A stretch of 47,672 nt of DNA. Origin: a virus. Taxonomy: Duplodnaviria; Caudoviricetes. The position numbers were made by a program, and so were the translations under genes. Where the stretch lies: IMG/VR virus record IMGVR_UViG_3300035670_005978, positions 1 to 47,672 of that record; one strand, written 5' to 3'. Numbering within the stretch: the stretch's first letter is position 1; each line of letters begins with the position of its first letter. The notes below the pieces were generated by a model that was not told the origin of the DNA, ran no database searches, and saw only the letters and a list, made by a program, of their open reading frames with translations. Positions 44,728-47,672 of this stretch are shown here, in pieces.

Positions 44728-45465
44728 TCAATTTGTTGGTACTTTGTCAAATGAGCGATACTCAGGCACATGTTCTTCATCTAGATATACCTTGTGTATC
44801 TCACATTCCGAGACAGCATCTAGGTCAGCCTCTCCTAGATAGTTACACTTTGAGCAAATCTCACCGCAATCGTTATCGCAATACTCCATGCAGTCTAGTT
44901 CCTCACAATCTCTACATTGTGATTCATAACTTTGCTCTCTAATAATCTTGCCACTCTTTATCTGTGCTTCGCCACCCCAGCCAGTTTCTTCTTGATAAAA
45001 TAGGCTAAAGACTAAATCAGGGTATTGCTCTGATAGTTTTAGTATTGCAGGAAACGCAGGGGACCAAGCAGTATTAAAACTATAAATAACAGACTTATCG
45101 TCTTGCTCCATAGTGGTTTCACGATAGGTCTCATCATCAGACATGGCTACATCCCACTTAGTTCCCCAGTTTCTTACATTCCAGTCATACCAATGGTCTG
45201 AATCAAAACTAATAGGCTTGCTAAGGTCGGTCTTTGGTTGTTCCCCAAAATAGGTATCTAGGTCTGTAGGTTTGACAATGTTCCAAAATGCAAACACAGG
45301 ATTATTATATTTGACAGGCTTCTTTTCCATTTGGCCAGTCTCAGAGTTCCATTGGTCATGATTGACCTCAAATGGTTGATTGAGTTGAGAGACTAACTTG
45401 CTGATTTGTTCAGGGTCAGTATCTACTGCTTCTATTGCTAATGAGTTATATACCCAGTTTGGCAT
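44728..45465 (-). CDS. DUF1281/YubB ferredoxin-like family protein with Cys-rich tail
   Basis: MPNW.N, WYDWNVRNWGTKWD, FNTAWSP. Confidence 0.75.
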   Translation of the reverse strand: MPNWVYNSLAIEAVDTDPEQISKLVSQLNQPFEVNHDQWNSETGQMEKKPVKYNNPVFAFWNIVKPTDLDTYFGEQPKTDLSKPISFDSDHWYDWNVRNWGTKWDVAMSDDETYRETTMEQDDKSVIYSFNTAWSPAFPAILKLSEQYPDLVFSLFYQEETGWGGEAQIKSGKIIREQSYESQCRDCEELDCMEYCDNDCGEICSKCNYLGEADLDAVSECEIHKVYLDEEHVPEYRSFDKVPTN

Positions 45466-45495
45466 GGGGGGTCCTTTCTAGTGGTCGTAATCCAA

Positions 45496-45523
45496 TTCTA
45501 TACGATTCAGGGTTTTTTGTCAA
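45496..45523 (-). promoter_or_regulatory. sigma70-type promoter
   Basis: TTGACA-N17-TAGAAT; GAAAGGA RBS downstream. Confidence 0.75.
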
Positions 45524-45561
45524 GCGTTCGTAACAGAGGGTTGCGGCATGTGGATCTGCTG

Positions 45562-45840
45562 CTACTTCTCATCCAGAGCAAATGACAACTGATATGTTAA
45601 TTGATAGACTGCAGCAAGAGCGTCACACTGGCCTTCCCAGTACTTGCGCTCCATGGATTCCATAGCGTCGTCATAGTCATTGGCTTCCTCTATGCGCTGC
45701 GCCTCTTCTAGTTGCAATTGGGCCTCATACATCCAGTTCTTCATCTCACCATGGATGATGTCTAGAGCAGGCAGCCTCTCATCAATCATATGCTGCAGGT
45801 GCTCAGGCAGATTGTAGTCAGGGTTAAAGTCAGTGTGCAT
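45562..45840 (-). CDS. acidic helical hypothetical protein
   Basis: AGGAG RBS; SMERKYWEGQCDAL. Confidence 0.7.
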   Translation of the reverse strand: MHTDFNPDYNLPEHLQHMIDERLPALDIIHGEMKNWMYEAQLQLEEAQRIEEANDYDDAMESMERKYWEGQCDALAAVYQLTYQLSFALDEK

Positions 45841-46030
45841 TCTCTTCTCCTACCTGTATAAAATGGCGGGTAGCAATAATCTGACCAGCCAACCAATTGT
45901 ATTCAAAATCTAATTCAGCATAGTCTTTACTATTAGGGTCCAAGGCTTCCATTTGTTCTGATACCGCTGCTTGGTCCTGCTCAATAGAGACAAGATGAAT
46001 TCTCATATATTCTAATAGATAGTTAGACAT
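45830..46030 (-). CDS. acidic hypothetical protein
   Basis: GGAG RBS; overlaps the next gene. Confidence 0.7.
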   Translation of the reverse strand: MSNYLLEYMRIHLVSIEQDQAAVSEQMEALDPNSKDYAELDFEYNWLAGQIIATRHFIQVGEENAH

Positions 46031-46031
46031 G

Positions 46032-46190
46032 TTAACTCCAGTATTGCATTATAGTGTTAAGGGTGATATGATAATTGCAGGTGCAGGGCTCTCCGCCCAT
46101 GTTTTCTTCAAACTCAAAGTGGGACAGGTTGTCCTCATAGATTTCCATTACGAGTTCGTTTATTGTGTATGGTTTGTGTTTTTGGGTCAT
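46032..46190 (-). CDS. 52-aa hypothetical protein, leaderless
   Basis: TTGACA-N17-CATAAT-N6-ATG; CTC..H. Confidence 0.65.
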   Translation of the reverse strand: MTQKHKPYTINELVMEIYEDNLSHFEFEENMGGEPCTCNYHITLNTIMQYWS

Positions 46191-46348
46191 GTATTAATTA
46201 TGGCATAGAATCGGGGAAATGTCAACTCTGTCGTAAAGATTTTTGGTTTTGATATTTTTGGGGATTTATTTGATCTATCGTAATTTAATTTAAGATTGAT
46301 ATTTTTATGTCCAATATGTCCGATTTGTCCGCACGTGGCAATTTTTAG

Positions 46349-46375
46349 GAGCAGTTTTACATCATGCTCAGGATG
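46349..46375 (-). ncRNA. H-type pseudoknot motif, copy 3
   Basis: CAUC-CUGAGCAU-GAUG-UAAAAC-UGCUC. Confidence 0.75.
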
Positions 46376-46434
46376 ATCTTTCCAGGAATACCCGCAAGGA
46401 CTTTCGTCACTTCATTTGTTAGCGGGGCTTATCA

Positions 46435-46490
46435 GGAAAGAAAAGGTTGTGGCGGGGCAATTGCGATTACACAGTTCAAACCGCCACAAT
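46435..46490 (-). terminator. terminator-like hairpin after 46496-46894
   Basis: TTGTGGCGG...CCGCCACAA then CCTTTTCTTT; the large loop is atypical. Confidence 0.5.
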
Positions 46491-46495
46491 TCTAT

Positions 46496-46894
46496 TTAGA
46501 TTGGTCTAAAAGTTATAAACCAAGCACAACTAGGCGCAGGTCCAGTGATTACTTCTACAAAATGATTTCCTGCTGGAACTCCATATAGGTATGTTTTGCT
46601 TTCTAAAGCACCATCAGCACTAAAGATATCTTCTCCAGAACTAAGGTCAGCAGCATAATAGCAATTTCCAAAAGTCTGCCACTCTACTTCGTAGTCACCC
46701 TCTAAAAACTGCTTCTTTGTAGATTCTGTATCTCCGTTTCCTTCAAACCATACCATAGACCTCGGTGATTTTTGTGTTACTGTTGTTGTGTTTGTTTGAT
46801 TAGTTTCAGCAACTACTTCTGTTTCGTCAGCAAACATTCCAATTACAACAAGGGCAACAAATCCAATTGCCACAAAATTAAAAAACTTTTTCAT
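46496..46894 (-). CDS. membrane-anchored extracellular protein
   Basis: Signal/TM segment, Thr-rich linker, beta-rich domain. Confidence 0.7.
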   Translation of the reverse strand: MKKFFNFVAIGFVALVVIGMFADETEVVAETNQTNTTTVTQKSPRSMVWFEGNGDTESTKKQFLEGDYEVEWQTFGNCYYAADLSSGEDIFSADGALESKTYLYGVPAGNHFVEVITGPAPSCAWFITFRPI

Positions 46895-46922
46895 TTTATT
46901 CTTTCTCTTAGTAATTTTAGTT

Positions 46923-46949
46923 GAGCAGTTTTATTTCATGCTCAGGAAA
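46923..46949 (-). ncRNA. H-type pseudoknot motif, copy 4
   Basis: UUUC-CUGAGCAU-GAAA-UAAAAC-UGCUC, 6 nt after the stop at 46956. Confidence 0.75.
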
Positions 46950-46955
46950 GTAATT

Positions 46956-47375
46956 TTACAAGTATCTTGCGATAGCGTTGTAAGTAGAAGTAGAAACTAC
47001 TTCCTCATCTGTCATCTTGAGAATACGAATTGCGTTCTCAATTTCCTCTACCATTTCTTTGTATTGCCAATCATGGAAAGACTCAAAATCTTTCTGTGGT
47101 TCAGCAGGTAGTTCAATAATTCCTGCTGGCAACTCAAAATTGACATAGATTTTGCCATTGTAGCGAGTAGAAGCAGACAAGTCCTCTGCCTTGTTGATGT
47201 GAGCAACTGCTAACTTAGCAATTTCTTTGTTGTAAGCCTTCTGAGCCTTATCAAACTTAGCCTCATTGACTTTCTGATTAGCCTTATCCTTTTGGAGTTG
47301 GGCTAGTTTTGTTTCAAGTGCCTTGATTACTTTCGTTGTAGCAATCTTGACATTTATGGCTTTTCCTCTTGCCAT
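46956..47375 (-). CDS. hypothetical helical protein
   Basis: GAAAGGA RBS; TTGATT...TGcTAAACT promoter upstream. Confidence 0.75.
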   Translation of the reverse strand: MARGKAINVKIATTKVIKALETKLAQLQKDKANQKVNEAKFDKAQKAYNKEIAKLAVAHINKAEDLSASTRYNGKIYVNFELPAGIIELPAEPQKDFESFHDWQYKEMVEEIENAIRILKMTDEEVVSTSTYNAIARYL

Positions 47376-47436
47376 TGGGTTTCCTTTCTTAGTGGGGTGG
47401 TATCTAGTTTAGCATTTCTATACTAGAAAATCAAGT

Positions 47437-47465
47437 GAGCAGTTTTAGTAGTCATACTCAGGACT
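47437..47465 (-). ncRNA. H-type pseudoknot motif, copy 5
   Basis: AGUC-CUGAGUAU-GACU-ACUAAAAC-UGCUC, 16 nt after the stop at 47482. Confidence 0.72.
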
Positions 47466-47481
47466 TTTCTCGTATTGAGAA

Positions 47482-47646
47482 TTACTTTGCTGTCCAAGTG
47501 GTATAGCGAGCCTTACCATTGACATCAAGTTTTACACGAACATTACCATTAGCCTGTGGTGTAATCTCTGTGATTACTCCTGTGACCTTTGACTTCTGTG
47601 TGGTGTAGGTGTCGCCTACCTTGTATGTTGCTGTTGCTACTGACAT
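47482..47646 (-). CDS. 54-aa SH3/KOW-like small beta protein
   Basis: YKVGD...GVITEI...VRVKLD; GAAAGG RBS. Confidence 0.7.
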   Translation of the reverse strand: MSVATATYKVGDTYTTQKSKVTGVITEITPQANGNVRVKLDVNGKARYTTWTAK

Positions 47647-47672
47647 TGTGTTGCCTTTCTGTTAGGGGTTAT

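Noticed and set aside
46395-46436. Hammerhead or twister ribozyme (CUGAUAAG...GAAA)
   Set aside because: The core is not CUGANGA and the stems do not fit either topology
46450-46490. SAM-V-like riboswitch (UUUGAACUGU on the - strand)
   Set aside because: Only a short match; I could not form the required pseudoknot and no gene start follows
1-47672. Stop-codon reassignment
   Set aside because: Long conserved genes are intact in code 11, TAG/TGA/TAA all end genes at sensible places, and no suppressor tRNA is present

Overview
A 47.7-kb segment of a large, AT-rich tailed dsDNA phage, most likely infecting low-GC freshwater Actinobacteria. This host call is inferred from a whiB gene, sigma70-type promoters and many leaderless genes. 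On the + strand, 1-13.7 kb carries replication, recombination and packaging genes (DnaB, DnaG, SSB, DnaE, RecA, Cas4-like and RuvC-like nucleases, terminase). 13.7-33 kb carries surface proteins, lysis genes, proteases and an auxiliary set for redox defence and chemical decoration (GPx, thioredoxin, Hsp20, luciferase-like proteins, sulfotransferases, APS kinase fusion, halogenase, hydroxylase). After a strand switch near 33,020 the - strand carries katG, a carbamoyltransferase, three tRNAs and many small genes with their own promoters, around a repeat-rich region with DnaA boxes (42.2-43.45 kb). The strongest unexplained signal is a 27-29 nt H-type pseudoknot found five times at the 3' side of genes or structured RNAs, with covarying stems. 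Other signals are several candidate structured RNAs, a ROSE-like element before hsp20, and a C-terminal tag shared by the endolysin and a holin-like protein. All protein calls come from motif recognition by eye; no searches were run.
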